Positions 1-10,869 of a DNA stretch of 64,000 bases are shown one piece after another (the stretch's first letter is position 1; each line of letters opens with the position of its first letter). Origin of the DNA: Octopus sinensis (taxonomy: Eukaryota); the NCBI RefSeq assembly GCF_006345805.1, contig NC_043005.1:36270001-36334000 (forward strand). The letters are read 5' to 3'. The notes beneath the pieces were generated by a model. That model was not told where the DNA came from. It did not search any database and saw nothing but the letters and a program-made list of their open reading frames with translations. Both the position numbers and the translations under genes were made by a program.

Positions 1-640
1 CCAGTGGGGATAGACCAATCTTGTCTCCTTCATCAGTATAATCCATAAAGGCGTCTCATATCAGGAAAGCATTATCCCTCACTCTTAAATCATGTGAAGC
101 ATGCAATTAAAGCCCTCATCGCTTCAAATATTGCACCACGCTATCACCGAAGATCTCTCCTGAAAAGCATATCATTAATATAGCTAGGACTGTCCAAACG
201 ACGAGCCCTTCTTTTCAGAGCCAGAATATACTTCAACTTCCATCAATTATTGACATTCTACAAAGCTCAGACAACCTACAATGAGGGTATTGCCCTCACA
301 CCTTAGACAATGTTGTTGCTTCTCATACGCACATCCTAGACCACATCCAGAGAGGAGCCATTTGACTGACTGGTATAAAGTCATTTACAAACGTGATCCA
401 ACTAACCTTTGGCCCACAGGTAACCTGTCTCTTTCCTCTGCTTTTTCTACGTAATCATACTGACCTCTACTTCTCAGGATTGGCTGTGTTTATGCGTCCA
501 CTGATCAGGAATTCCTGATACGCTTATCTTCCCTCCTCTCATCATCCTTTTGCTAAATCTTTCCAGGCCGCACACTAATCAATACGTCTAGTCCTTCTCA
601 TTTTATCCCCGACATAGAATTCCTTTCCTGTCCATATATT
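1..640 (+). mobile_element. Decayed CR1/Jockey-group LINE, C-terminal part of RT ORF
   Basis: Broken frames read QLLTFYKAQ..PTM.YC.H (244-300) and THILDHIQRGAI (327-362), typical of the post-RT region of CR1/L2/Jockey-group LINEs; many stops and frameshifts. Confidence 0.6.
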
Positions 641-1107
641 ACGCACACGCTTTGACTTGTAATGGTTCACAAGAAACATTAGGAACCGCAGTTTCAAGTC
701 TAGGAGAGCCAGCCAAGGCCATGGGGTACATCCACTTTCTCCAAACCCAACCAATTAAAACCAAATCACTTTGTTTTCATAATGTTTTCAGAACCATTTT
801 CTCTCAATTAAAACTTCCCTACACATTCCATATTTTTCACATTTCTACGCTTCTCTTATCTTTCGCAACTTAATCTCGCAAACACCCACCACCGCGATTT
901 TACGATCGTGAGTGCAAATAGCCTAACCATTAGGCTATGTAATGCACTTTTCTCAATGTCATCCCTACATCGTTCTAATTTATTTAAACAGTGTGATATA
1001 ACGGGAATGTTAACTTGTTATACATTTGGCATGTAGATACAAACTGCGAATGAATAAACTGCATACATTAGCTATTTTTAGTCCATTTTAATAAAATATA
1101 AATATAC

Positions 1108-1266
1108 TGGGCGTGGCTGTGTGGTAAGAAGCTTTCTTGCCAACTACATAGTTCCGGGTTTAGTCCCACTGCGTGGCACCTTGATTTAGTGAATTGTACT
1201 ATAGCTTCGGGCCAATCAAAACCTTGTGAGTAAGATTTGGTCGGCGGAAACCGAAAGAAGCCCGTC

Positions 1267-1268
<2 letters not shown>
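1108..1268 (+). mobile_element. tRNA-derived SINE, family A (5' half)
   Basis: Head GGCGTGGCTGTGTGGTAAGAAG with A-box/B-box-like motifs (GGGTTTAGTCCC); same sequence recurs at ~18125, 28385, 31055-31403, 42075-42443. Confidence 0.8.
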
Positions 1269-1307
<39 letters not shown>

Positions 1308-1309
<2 letters not shown>

Positions 1310-2540
1310 CGAGGGGGTACCCAAAAGAAACCGGAATTTTGCAATATCATTTTATCCACTTAGTTTTACATGTTTACACATTTACCACTTTCAAAATATT
1401 TTCCATTTGAAGCAATGCATCGGTCCAGAAGCAGTCCTGGAAGTCTTTCTTTTTAACGTCTCCATCGTTTTTTCTTCACCCCTTCCACATCTGCAAAATG
1501 TTTTACTTTAAGGTTTTTTTTTTCATGCGGGGAACAAAAAAATAAAAAATTGCAGGGAGCAAGATCGGGTGAATAGGGAATACGGGAGTGGAGTCATGTA
1601 ATTTTGGGTCAAAAATTATCTCACACTCGTGGTGTTGTGCGCAGGCGCATTGTCGTGATGAAGCCACCACTCACCACTTTGCCACAGGCCGGGGAGTTTT
1701 CGTTTCACCGCGTCTTGCAAATGCTTCAGAACTGCGAAGTAAAACATCTGGTTAACAGTTTGACCAGGAGGAACAAATTCTGTGTGGACAGTTCCTTCCG
1801 CATCGATGAAACAAATCAGCATCGTCTTGACATTGGACTTCACTTGACGCGTCTTTTGGAGGCGTGTTGATATCGAATCCTTCCACTGACTTGATAGCTG
1901 CTTCATTTCCGGGTTGTATCCGTAGCACTAGCTTTCGTTACCAGTGATGGCCTTCGAAAACCGGTTCGAATCAATTTCCAACTGTTCATTCAGTTCACGA
2001 CACGCATGCAGTCGTGATTGCTTTTGATCTTCCGTGAGCAAGCGAGACAGAAATTTTGTTGCAATTCTTTTTATTCGCAATTCCTCGCTCAAAATTCGTT
2101 GGGAGGAGCTCGAGGACACACCAGTCATGCCAACAAGTTCGTCAATTGCTCTGCGATGGTCCTCCAATATCACGTCATGAATTTTCAAGATGATTTCATT
2201 TATTCAGGAGGTCGACGGTCGCCCTGAAGATGATAGTCTTCAAACGATAAGTGACCATTCCTAAAGCTTGAAAACCAATCGTAAACTTGTGTTTTGCTCA
2301 TGGCAGCGTCCTTGTAAACTGTTTGAGGTATGACAACTGTTTCGGCCGTCGTTTTCCCCAACAGAAAACAGAATTTCACGGAAGCTTGCTGTACCTTCAT
2401 TTCAGCCAACGCAAAAATCGACGAATATGGGAGAAGCTCTGCAAAACAAAGATGTACCATGTGACACGACCTCATGGAACGACGCCGGTCGGCAGACTGA
2501 TGCCTGAGGTTCGCATCAAGTGGTTTCTAGCAGCGGAAGC
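1308..2540 (-). mobile_element. Mariner (Tc1/mariner) transposon, frameshifted transposase, one TIR visible
   Basis: Minus-strand ORF pieces 2475-2200 (VKFCFLLGKT..VYDWF), 2188-1928 (ITGNES, degenerate ITGDE), 1906-1616 (WLHHDNAPAH) and PYSPDLAPC at ~1577-1551; TA followed by CGAGGGGGTACCCAAAAGAAACCGGAAT TIR at 1308; no matching TIR found on the right. Confidence 0.9.
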
Positions 2541-2549
2541 CTAATCAAC

Positions 2550-3050
2550 AACGGTCAATGAGAGCTCTAACAAAGAGGAATGTATCTGTCCTCATGCCTT
2601 TCAGCCTTGTCCACCTAAACAACCTCTTTCGCCACAGCCACCAGGGAAAGGAAAACTCCTTTGCTTGCCAGAAACTGAACGATTGCGTGCAGAACGGTTT
2701 CATCACTCTACACGCACCCCACCCCGGGCGAGCCCGTCTGACAGCACGACTGTGCCTGTAGAGTTTATATCGAACTGGTAGCGATCCTCTGTATCACTGC
2801 AAGGCCAAGGACATCTGGAAATTATCCATGATAGTTCTCGACTGGGAAGTCCTCCGGAATAGATTAGCCAGTGTGTTTTCGTCGGCGTCCTGAGTCTCCC
2901 CACCCACTGAACGTCATCGCACTTCCCCACCACTAATCTTTTATAAAGTTCCAAACCGGCATATCCACCGATTCCATTGCTCGACTGGTAGAGGGCTGTG
3001 AGTGCCTGACAACATTCTAGTTGTTACGTGCCCAGTCTCGGTCTTTTCGT
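2550..3050 (-). mobile_element. Tx1/L1-clade LINE fragment
   Basis: ELYKRLVVGKCDD and LALQ*YRGSLPVRYKLYRH are homologous to LEFYRGLVEGKGDD / LALQCYRG of the Tx1-like copy at 36800-38640. Confidence 0.65.
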
Positions 3051-3169
3051 CACCCAGGACTAATAGAACTGCAAGAATTCTTTATAGAATTCTTTAAGCA
3101 TCACCAGTAAACAATTAGTTCGCTGACTAGACAGCTGACACTTTCTACATTAGAAACTGTGCAAAAAGT

Positions 3170-3691
3170 AGGGACTAGAGAGAGGCAAGACGTAGTATGA
3201 ACACAAACCACAGAGTGGCAAAGTTGGAGACTAGCAAAATCCTCTGGAACTTCCCAATCCAAACAGATCAAGTGCTAGAGCATAACAGATTGGACCCAGT
3301 GGTGGTGGACAAGATGCACCACGTATGCTATATAGTTGAATTTTGCATGTCCCTTTGGCCCACGAATAATCAAAAAGGAAGGTGAAAAGATAGATAAATA
3401 CAACCCTCTTATGAACGAAATAGACTGGCTATGGAAAACGAAGGTGAAGATAGTGCCAATTATTGTTGGGTTCTTGGGAACAGTATCAGAAGGCATCAAG
3501 GGAAATATAAAGGAAATTGGAATAGTGTGCCCAGTGGAACTGTTACAAAAGGTTTGCCTCCTTGGCACAACTAGAATAATCTGTATCAGATAGCTGAAAA
3601 TAATGGATAGCATCGTGCCGTAGGCTGCAGATAGGAAGCCCGCTACGCATGTAAGACCCCAGGAGATCCAACAAAACCTGTGATAAAGAGA
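3170..3691 (+). mobile_element. Dong/R4-type RLE LINE, family F, 3' fragment
   Basis: ILWNFPIQTD..NRLD.VVVD, EKIDKY, VPIIVGFLG, LQKVCLLGT (RLE C-terminus); 3' end runs directly into (AAT)n. Confidence 0.85.

Positions 3692-3780
<89 letters not shown>
3692..3780 (+). repeat. (AAT)n microsatellite
   Basis: Pure AAT tandem repeat between two elements. Confidence 0.98.
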
Positions 3781-3782
<2 letters not shown>

Positions 3783-4336
3783 GCCCTGATGCAGTACCAG
3801 GCAGTGGCTCTCATGGCTTCTGATCTTAACTGATTGGAAGTGTTATCATGTACATTGTTTTGTCTTGGTTTAAAAGATGGGCTACAGCAAATATTTTGCT
3901 CAATACCACAGATTTGCTTGTCAGTTGTTTGACCTTAACCAGTTGAGCATGTCACTTAGTGGCTGACGATATGTGCATCTCTGATCACGAGCAGAAGTAG
4001 TGGGGGAGCATCAGAGCCATGTGTTGAGAGGGATTCTTTAGGGTTTGGATAATTCACCTCTGGAAACATGGGTGATTCGTTCAACATCCTTAAACAATCC
4101 TTATTCAAGGACCTTTTGAGCGGGATGGGTTACTCTACCAGAAGAAAATTCTAACTGGGCCCCACCTGCAAGGTCATGTGCTGTTTATCTTGATATGAGA
4201 TCACCATGTCGCGCTCATATGGTTGTGATGCATGTGCCTAGTGTACCCTTATCAGACGGGTAGTCATGATGGGTATACTGGGCTTCATATATTTTACCCC
4301 AGTGTCACTTTGATGGCATGCACTGCTCTCTCACTC
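3781..4336 (+). mobile_element. ~556-bp non-coding interspersed element embedded in (AAT)n, full-length copy 1
   Basis: Starts ATGCCCTGATGCAGTACCAGGCAG, ends CTGCTCTCTCACTC; flanked both sides by (AAT)n; three further copies in the window; no recognisable ORF. Confidence 0.85.
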
Positions 4337-4394
<58 letters not shown>

Positions 4395-4409
4395 GTAGTA
4401 ATAATAATA

Positions 4410-4884
4410 GTCTTGGTATAAAAGATGGGCTACAGCAAATATTCTGCTCAATACCACAGATTTGCTTGTCAGTTGTTTGACCTTAACCAGTTGAGCATGT
4501 CCCTTAGTGGCTGACGATATGTGCATCTCTGATCACGAGCAGAAGTAGTGGGGGAGCATCATAGCCATGTGTTGAGAGGGATTCTTTGGGGTTTGAATAG
4601 TTCACCTCTGGAAACATGGGTGGTTCTTTCAACATCCTTAAACAACCCTTATTCAGGGACCGTTTGAGCAGGATGGGCTACTCAAAATGAAGAAAATTCT
4701 AACTGGGCCCCACCTGCAAGGTCATGTGCTGTTTATCTTGATATGAGATCACCATGTCGCGCACATATGGTTGTGATGCATGTGCCTGGTGTACCTTTAT
4801 CAGACGGGTAGTCATGATGGGTATATTGGGCTTCGTATATTTTACCCCAGTGTCACTTTGATGGCATGAACTGCTCTCTCACTC
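4410..4884 (+). mobile_element. 556-bp element copy 2 (5'-truncated)
   Basis: Very similar to 3862-4336 with the same 3' end; (AAT)n on both sides (4337-4409 and 4885-4941). Confidence 0.85.
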
Positions 4885-4941
<57 letters not shown>

Positions 4942-4942
<1 letters not shown>

Positions 4943-5078
4943 CTTTCTACTAAAGGCACAAGGTCTGAAATTTGGTGGAAGGGGACAAGTCGATTACATC
5001 GACCCCAGTGCTTCACTGGTACTTAATTTATCAACCCCCGAAAGGATAAAAAGCAAAGTCGACCTCGGCGGAATTTGA
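4942..5078 (-). mobile_element. SINE family B, 3' part
   Basis: AAGTCGATTACATCGACCCCAGTG..GGTACTTAATTTATC..CCCGAAAGGAT..GCAAAGTCGACCTCGGCGGAATTTG core shared with many copies. Confidence 0.8.
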
Positions 5079-5572
5079 TGATACAGTATCAGTATCATGG
5101 CTTCTGATCTTAACTAATTGGAAATATTAACATGTATACATTTGTGTAAAAAGACGAGCCTCAAAGTTGCTTGTCAGTTGCCTGACCTTAACCAATTGAG
5201 TGTGCGTCTTAGTGGCTGACAATATGTGCATCGCTGTGGGGGTAGGGCATCGTAGCCATGTGAGGAATTCTTCGGGGTTTGAATAATTCACCTCTGGAAA
5301 CGTTAGTGTTTCCTTCATCATACTTAAATAATCCTTGTTCAGGGACCTTTTGAGCGGGAAGGGTTACTCGACTTGAAAAAAAAATTCTAACTGGGCTCCA
5401 CCTGCAAAGTCAGGCGCTCTTTATCTTGGTATGAAATCATGATGTCGTGCATATATGGTTGTGATGCATGTGCCTGGTGTACCCTTATCAGACAGGTACT
5501 TATGATGGGTATACTGGGCTTCGTATATTTGTACCCCAGTGTCACATCTCTGATGGCGCTCCTCTATCATTC
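5079..5572 (+). mobile_element. 556-bp element copy 3 (diverged, small deletions)
   Basis: Collinear similarity to copy 1 (CATGGCTTCTGATCTTAACT..., CACCTCTGGAAAC, ACCCTTATCAGAC); followed by a compound trinucleotide tract. Confidence 0.8.
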
Positions 5573-5574
5573 AT

Positions 5575-5594
5575 TGCTGCTGCTGCTGCTGCTG

Positions 5595-5633
<39 letters not shown>

Positions 5634-5698
5634 TAATAATAATAATAATAATAATCATAGAATTATTAATAATAATATTATTATTATTGTTGTTGTAC

Positions 5699-5764
<66 letters not shown>
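5575..5764. repeat. Compound (GCT)(ACT)(AAT)(ATT) microsatellite
   Basis: Direct inspection. Confidence 0.95.
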
Positions 5765-6367
5765 GCATTAAAAGTAACTTATCTAGCTACTATTAATTCT
5801 TTTTACTGTTACATATTTGCAATGTGCAGATCCTCTTAAATATTTCCATTTTTAGCTATCGTATATACTTGAACAAGATGGAATGTGGATGATAGAAACA
5901 CTTTTAGCACTTCAAGAGCGAAAATAATATTTAACAAAACCAATTGTATATATCTTTCCCATTCTGTTGACTTTCTTATCATTAAATTCTCTCTCATTGC
6001 TATACAAAATAAATTGCCTTCATCTCTTACTCTTAGAAAAACCAATTTTCCTAAATTCTTTCGATTTCTTACGGTTCTTTTATATTGTGCTACTTCCCCT
6101 TAAGCATTTTTTCTTTGTTATTTTCCTTCTGTCATTGAATAACGTGAAGGCGATTACCCTAGTGGTGAAGGTGTTTGATACATTTATAAGGTCGTGCGTT
6201 CAATTTCTAAATAGGATAACACATTATGCCCCTCAGCAAAGCATACCTTACTCTAGTCTACTTAGCAGTAAATGTGTACTGATTAAATACTGGTGCACAT
6301 CTCTCTCTCTCTCTTTGCTGATTGCACGGAAAGAGACACGGAAGCCATCTTCACGAGGAATGTGCTG

Positions 6368-6800
6368 AATTTGTCTCTTCCAGTATAAGAAACCTCAAAC
6401 GCTACCCATATCAGTAAACCATTATCAACCCCAACCTTTATTCATGAGTAACACTCATTTAAAGCTCATATATTTGAGGTGATAACACATTACTCTCATG
6501 TTTACCACCTAGGATCTCTTCTGTCGAGAGTACGCCATTAACGTGGCTAGGACCGCATTTCGAGACCAGAGGGCACTTCAGCACGAAACAATTCTTTTCT
6601 CCCTTTCTTCTTCTTTCTAAATTTCAAGGCCAGAGAGCACTTCGGTACCAGACAATTTCTTTTCTCCCTTTCCTCTTCTTGCTAAAATTGTCTCTTTGAG
6701 CGTAAGGAAACCCAAACGCTACCCATATCAATAAACCATATTCATCCCCAGCTTTTACTCATGAGTAACACTCATTTAAAGCTCAAACATTTCGTGTGAT
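6368..6800 (-). repeat. ~320-bp tandem direct repeat (probable Penelope-like pseudo-LTR); second unit resumes at 10125-10267
   Basis: 6368-6490 resembles 6686-6800; 6479-6612 resembles 10125-10267 (CTCTTCTGTCGAGAGTACGCCATTAACGTGGCTAGGA identical); lies downstream of the minus-strand PLE ORF at 10870-11400. Confidence 0.65.
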
Positions 6801-6862
6801 ATACCCTCCAGCCTTCATCAGGTGTCTTGGAGAAATTTCGTACTTGGGTTCTCATTCCTAGC
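6797..6862 (-). mobile_element. Truncated inverted copy of the hammerhead mini-element
   Basis: Reverse complement reads AGGAATGAGAACCCAAGTACGAAATTTCTCCAAGACACCTGATGAAGGCTGGAGGGTATATC, matching 9966-10027. Confidence 0.8.
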
Positions 6863-6904
<42 letters not shown>

Positions 6905-6922
6905 GTAATAATAATAGTAATG

Positions 6923-6994
<72 letters not shown>

Positions 6995-7041
6995 CTAGCT
7001 TACAAAATAATAATAAAATAATAATAAATAATAATAATAAT

Positions 7042-8260
7042 AAAACTAGCTTACAAAACAACCACAATTGGACTGGCCAAATATAACTAGCTTACAAAAC
7101 AACCACAATTGGACTGGCCAAATATCTCGAAATATCGAATGACTGGATGCTAAAGCTCGTGGAAAGTCACGAGAGACGAAAGAAGCTTCATTCTATCATA
7201 AAGGAAAGCAAACAATTTGCTATTGATCTCGTGCAGGATACCCAAACTGAACAACCCGAGGGAAGTACGGCAACTATTGTTGCAAAGAAGGTGAAAATGA
7301 TGGCAATGAAAAAAGCGCACGAGCAATTGGCTGATAGGTGGGAGGAGAAACCTCTGCACGGCAAATATGTGACCCGCAGCAAACAAGCTAATGTTGACCA
7401 GAAGCAAACCCATCAGTGGCTACGGAGCTCAGGGCTAAAAGCAGAGAGCGAAGGTTTCATCCTGGCTGCTCAAGATCAAAGCCTATTAACCCGGAACTAC
7501 CAGGCCAATGTGATGAAAAATGGAGCGGACCAAAAATGCCGATTCTGCAACGACATGATTGAAACAGTGGACCACCTAATCTCTGGATGTAAAGTCTTAG
7601 CACCAGTGGAGTATAAATTAAGACATGACAGAGTTGGCCAATATCTCCACTGGCTAATAAGTCGGCATTACAATATCAAAACTGCCGACAAGTGGTATAA
7701 TCACCACCCTGAGGCTGTAACTGAAGGAGAAAATGTAGCCATTCTGTGGGACTTTCCAATACATACAGACCGAACCATCAAGGCCAATAAACCAGATATT
7801 GTTGTGAAAGACCAAAACAATAAATTTTGCTTATTGATCGACATGAGCATCCCCTGTGATCATAATATCTCAGCGAAAGAGTTTGACAAGCTCAGAAAAT
7901 ATAAAGACCTACTCATTGAAATTGAGAAAATGTGGCATCTCAAGGCGGTTACAATACCAGTGATCGTAGGAGCACTAGGAATGATCAAGAAGGGAACCGA
8001 AAATTATATGAGAATGATCCCTGGCTTACCATCCCTGCAAGAAGTGCAAAAGATTGTCTTAACTGGTACATCACACGTATTGAGAAGAGCATTGTCGATG
8101 TGAGAACTGTTGCTGCTCATGTATTTTAATTTAACTTAAAAAAAAAAAATGAACGAACTATTGAGTTTGGTTTAATGGCCTACCAATGTATACTATGAGT
8201 TTCTTTGCCCTAGGAGTCGGGAAGACACTCGGCAAGAAATGGAAGCAAATTTGAAAGAAG
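7042..8260 (+). mobile_element. Dong/R4-type RLE LINE, family A, 5'-truncated
   Basis: Open frame 7147-8103 plus a short 3' UTR; both ends in (AAT)n. Confidence 0.92.
7147..8103 (+). CDS. C-terminal part of RLE non-LTR retrotransposon protein (CCHC zinc knuckle + PD-(D/E)xK endonuclease)
   Basis: W.EKPLHG, WLRSSGLKAESEG..AAQDQ, CRFC..HLISGC, RHD, LWDF, KPDIVV, IDM, KLRKY, PVIVGALG; frame open back to the truncation point (LAYKTTTIGLAKYL). Confidence 0.9.
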   Translation: MLKLVESHERRKKLHSIIKESKQFAIDLVQDTQTEQPEGSTATIVAKKVKMMAMKKAHEQLADRWEEKPLHGKYVTRSKQANVDQKQTHQWLRSSGLKAESEGFILAAQDQSLLTRNYQANVMKNGADQKCRFCNDMIETVDHLISGCKVLAPVEYKLRHDRVGQYLHWLISRHYNIKTADKWYNHHPEAVTEGENVAILWDFPIHTDRTIKANKPDIVVKDQNNKFCLLIDMSIPCDHNISAKEFDKLRKYKDLLIEIEKMWHLKAVTIPVIVGALGMIKKGTENYMRMIPGLPSLQEVQKIVLTGTSHVLRRALSM

Positions 8261-8286
8261 AAAAAAAAAAAATAATAATAATAATA

Positions 8287-9860
8287 ACAGTTCATGGATT
8301 TACCAAAGAAATAGATATGAAATTTGGATTAGAGAAATGCGCCAAAGTAACCCTGAAAAGAGGAAAACTAATTAAGAGTAGCAACATCACACTAGATAAA
8401 ACCAATGAAATAAAAGAATTAGACCAAAGCCAAACTTATAAATACTTAGGAATCCATGAACTAGATATGACACAACACACACAAATGAAAGAGAAAATAA
8501 AAAAAGAATATTATAGACGGGTTAGATCAATACTAAAAACAGAGCTCAATGCTAAAACCAAGATACTAGGTATTAACGCTTTAGTTATAAGTTACAGCTA
8601 CAATATCCTTAACTGGACACTAAATGAACTGACCAAAATAGATAGGAAAACAAGAAAAATAATGACAGGATCTAGGATGCATCACCCAAAATCTGACATA
8701 GAAAGACTATATATACAATGTATAGAAGGTGGTAGAGGCCTTATACAGCTGGAAAACTACTATAAAATAACCACCATAGGACTGCAAAAATATCTACTTC
8801 AGAAGGAAGGAAAACTGATACAAATAGCGGCAAAACACGAGCAAAACAAAAAACTGTTCTCAGTATTTAAGGAAGCTGACAAATACAAACAAGAAATCAT
8901 ACCACCTAATAAATATGAAGAAGATGAAGAAACAACAAAAGCTATAAAACAAATGAAATCCAAACTAAAAATAGAACAGCAAAGAACCATGATAAAACGA
9001 TGGCAAGAAAAGCCCCTTCATGGTAAATACTGCACTAAACTAAACGCAAAAGAAATAGACAAAGAAAAATCCCAGCAATGGTTGAGAAGCTCAGGACTTA
9101 AAGCAGAGACAGAGGGATTTTTAATTGCAGCACAAGACCAAAGCCTCCCCACCAGAAATTACCAAAAACATGTAATGAAAAGAAATATAACAAGTAACTG
9201 CAGAATATGTGGAGGTGGACAAGAAACAATAAATCATATTATCTCTGGCCGCCCAGTCCTGGCTAAGAAGGAATATATTCACAGACATGACAGAGTTGGA
9301 ACCTACATACACTGGAAGCTATGCCAACATTATGGAATAACAACAGAAAAAAGATGGTATAGGCACACACCAGAAAAGGTTACAGAAAACGAGAAAGCAA
9401 CCATACTCTGGGATATGCCGATACACACAGATAGAGAAATTAAGGCCAACAGACCAGATATAGTTGTCAGAGATCATGAAGGAAAAAAATGCTTTCTAAT
9501 TGATGTATCAATACCGGCAGATGACAACGTGCCTCTAAAAGAAATGGAGAAACTCTCAAAATACAAAGACCTGGAAATAGAGGTAACCAGAATGTGGAAT
9601 GTAAAAACAGAAACAATTCCTATCATAGTAGGTGCATTAGGCATGATAAAAAAATATTCAGACAAATACATAACAAAAACACCAAGACTTACAAACACAT
9701 ATAACACAGAAAATTGCACTACTAGGCACTGCACACATCCTACGCAGAACACTTTTCATACAATAACCATCAGAGCATCACAACAAATCACAGCACATAT
9801 CCAAGGCACACAGAGCTACGCTCGGTAGTGAAGTGAAAGCACGCTATAAAAATAAAACTA

Positions 9861-9863
<3 letters not shown>
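8287..9863 (+). mobile_element. Dong/R4-type RLE LINE, family B, 5'-truncated (RT thumb to RLE)
   Basis: MKFGLEKC, YKYLG, GGRGL, CRIC..H (last Cys changed to Arg), RHD, RPDIVV, EKLSKY; one frameshift near 9703 displaces the QKIALLGTAHILR end; flanked by (AAT)n. Confidence 0.92.
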
Positions 9864-9928
<65 letters not shown>

Positions 9929-9950
9929 CAACAGCAACAACAACAACAAC

Positions 9951-10126
9951 ATCGAAAACTACCTTAGGATTGAGAGGCCAGGTTCGAAATTTCCCCAAGA
10001 CACCTGATGAATGCTGGTGGGTGTATCAGCCGAAACGTTGTGTTAACAAGATGAGGACAACTAGCCGTCAAATGTAAATAACTTAAACAATGTACATAAT
10101 TCATCATCTCTTAAATATAGAACTGT
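9951..10126 (+). mobile_element. ~175-bp hammerhead-containing mini-element (Penelope-like pLTR type)
   Basis: Follows (AAT)n(AAC)n; homologous to 35060-35236 (-), 35302-35432 (+) and 6797-6862 (-). Confidence 0.8.
9999..10044 (+). ncRNA. Minimal type I hammerhead ribozyme motif
   Basis: GACAC-CTGATGA-AT-GCTG(GTGGGTGTAT)CAGC-C-GAAA-CG-TT-GTGTT: stem I GACAC/GTGTT, intact catalytic core, palindromic ACGT in place of stem III. Confidence 0.7.
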
Positions 10127-10736
10127 GATAACATATTGTTCTTATGTTTGGGGCTCTCTATAACCTGGACTCTCTTCTGTCGAGAGTACGCCATTAACGT
10201 GGCTAGGATCGCATTTCGAGGCTAGAAATCACTTCAGTACGAAACAATTTTTTCTCCCTTTCTTCTTTGTAAATGCCACATCCATGTTGTGTTAAGAGAA
10301 AAAGAAAAAAGAAGCAACTGCTGGAGTAAGAGAAGCCGAAAAGGTATCTATGTCTACTCCAGACTACATAGACACCTGAAACAGTTAACGAAAGCATGGC
10401 ATAAGCTTACAACCCATATCAGCTCGCGTGTAACTTCAGGATGTGATGTCCATTACACTTCATTAAGGATGCATTTTTTTGAGACATTAGCGAATTGTTT
10501 AATTATTAATATTTTGTCACTTATTAAGAACTTGACTCAAGTCTTGTACACCTGCGCAAACGCTATTTCTAAAATGACATGAAGCCGAAATATTTATCGT
10601 TTAAAGTGAGATTAATCCAACTGCAGTTATATAGTGTCTCTTCTTTCTAGATATGTTCTTTAAGTGGGTTCACAGAAGAATGTAGTAGCTTCAAATACCG
10701 CAAGGAATTATGACTCCTATGTTATAGAACTGCTCT

Positions 10737-10757
10737 AAGAGAGCAGGGAAGAAAGAA

Positions 10758-10790
<33 letters not shown>

Positions 10791-10824
10791 GAGTAAGATA
10801 GAAGAGGAGAGAGAGTAAGATAGC

Positions 10825-10855
<31 letters not shown>

Positions 10856-10866
10856 CAAGAGAGAGA
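10737..10866. repeat. (GA)n-rich microsatellite
   Basis: Direct inspection. Confidence 0.9.
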
Positions 10867-10869
10867 TAA

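Noticed and set aside
3781-3810. CTGATG at the start of the 556-bp element as a hammerhead core
   Set aside because: Reads CTGATGC, not CTGANGA, and no stem II-GAAA follows; copy 4 has CTGATAC
5820-6368. ORFs of 69-133 aa as a host exon or LINE fragment
   Set aside because: No motif I can support; may be decayed PLE sequence
8239-8290. Apparent N-terminus MEANLKEEKKKIIIII of the 529-aa ORF, suggesting a fusion protein
   Set aside because: Chance read-through from the LINE A 3' UTR across the A/AAT tract into LINE B
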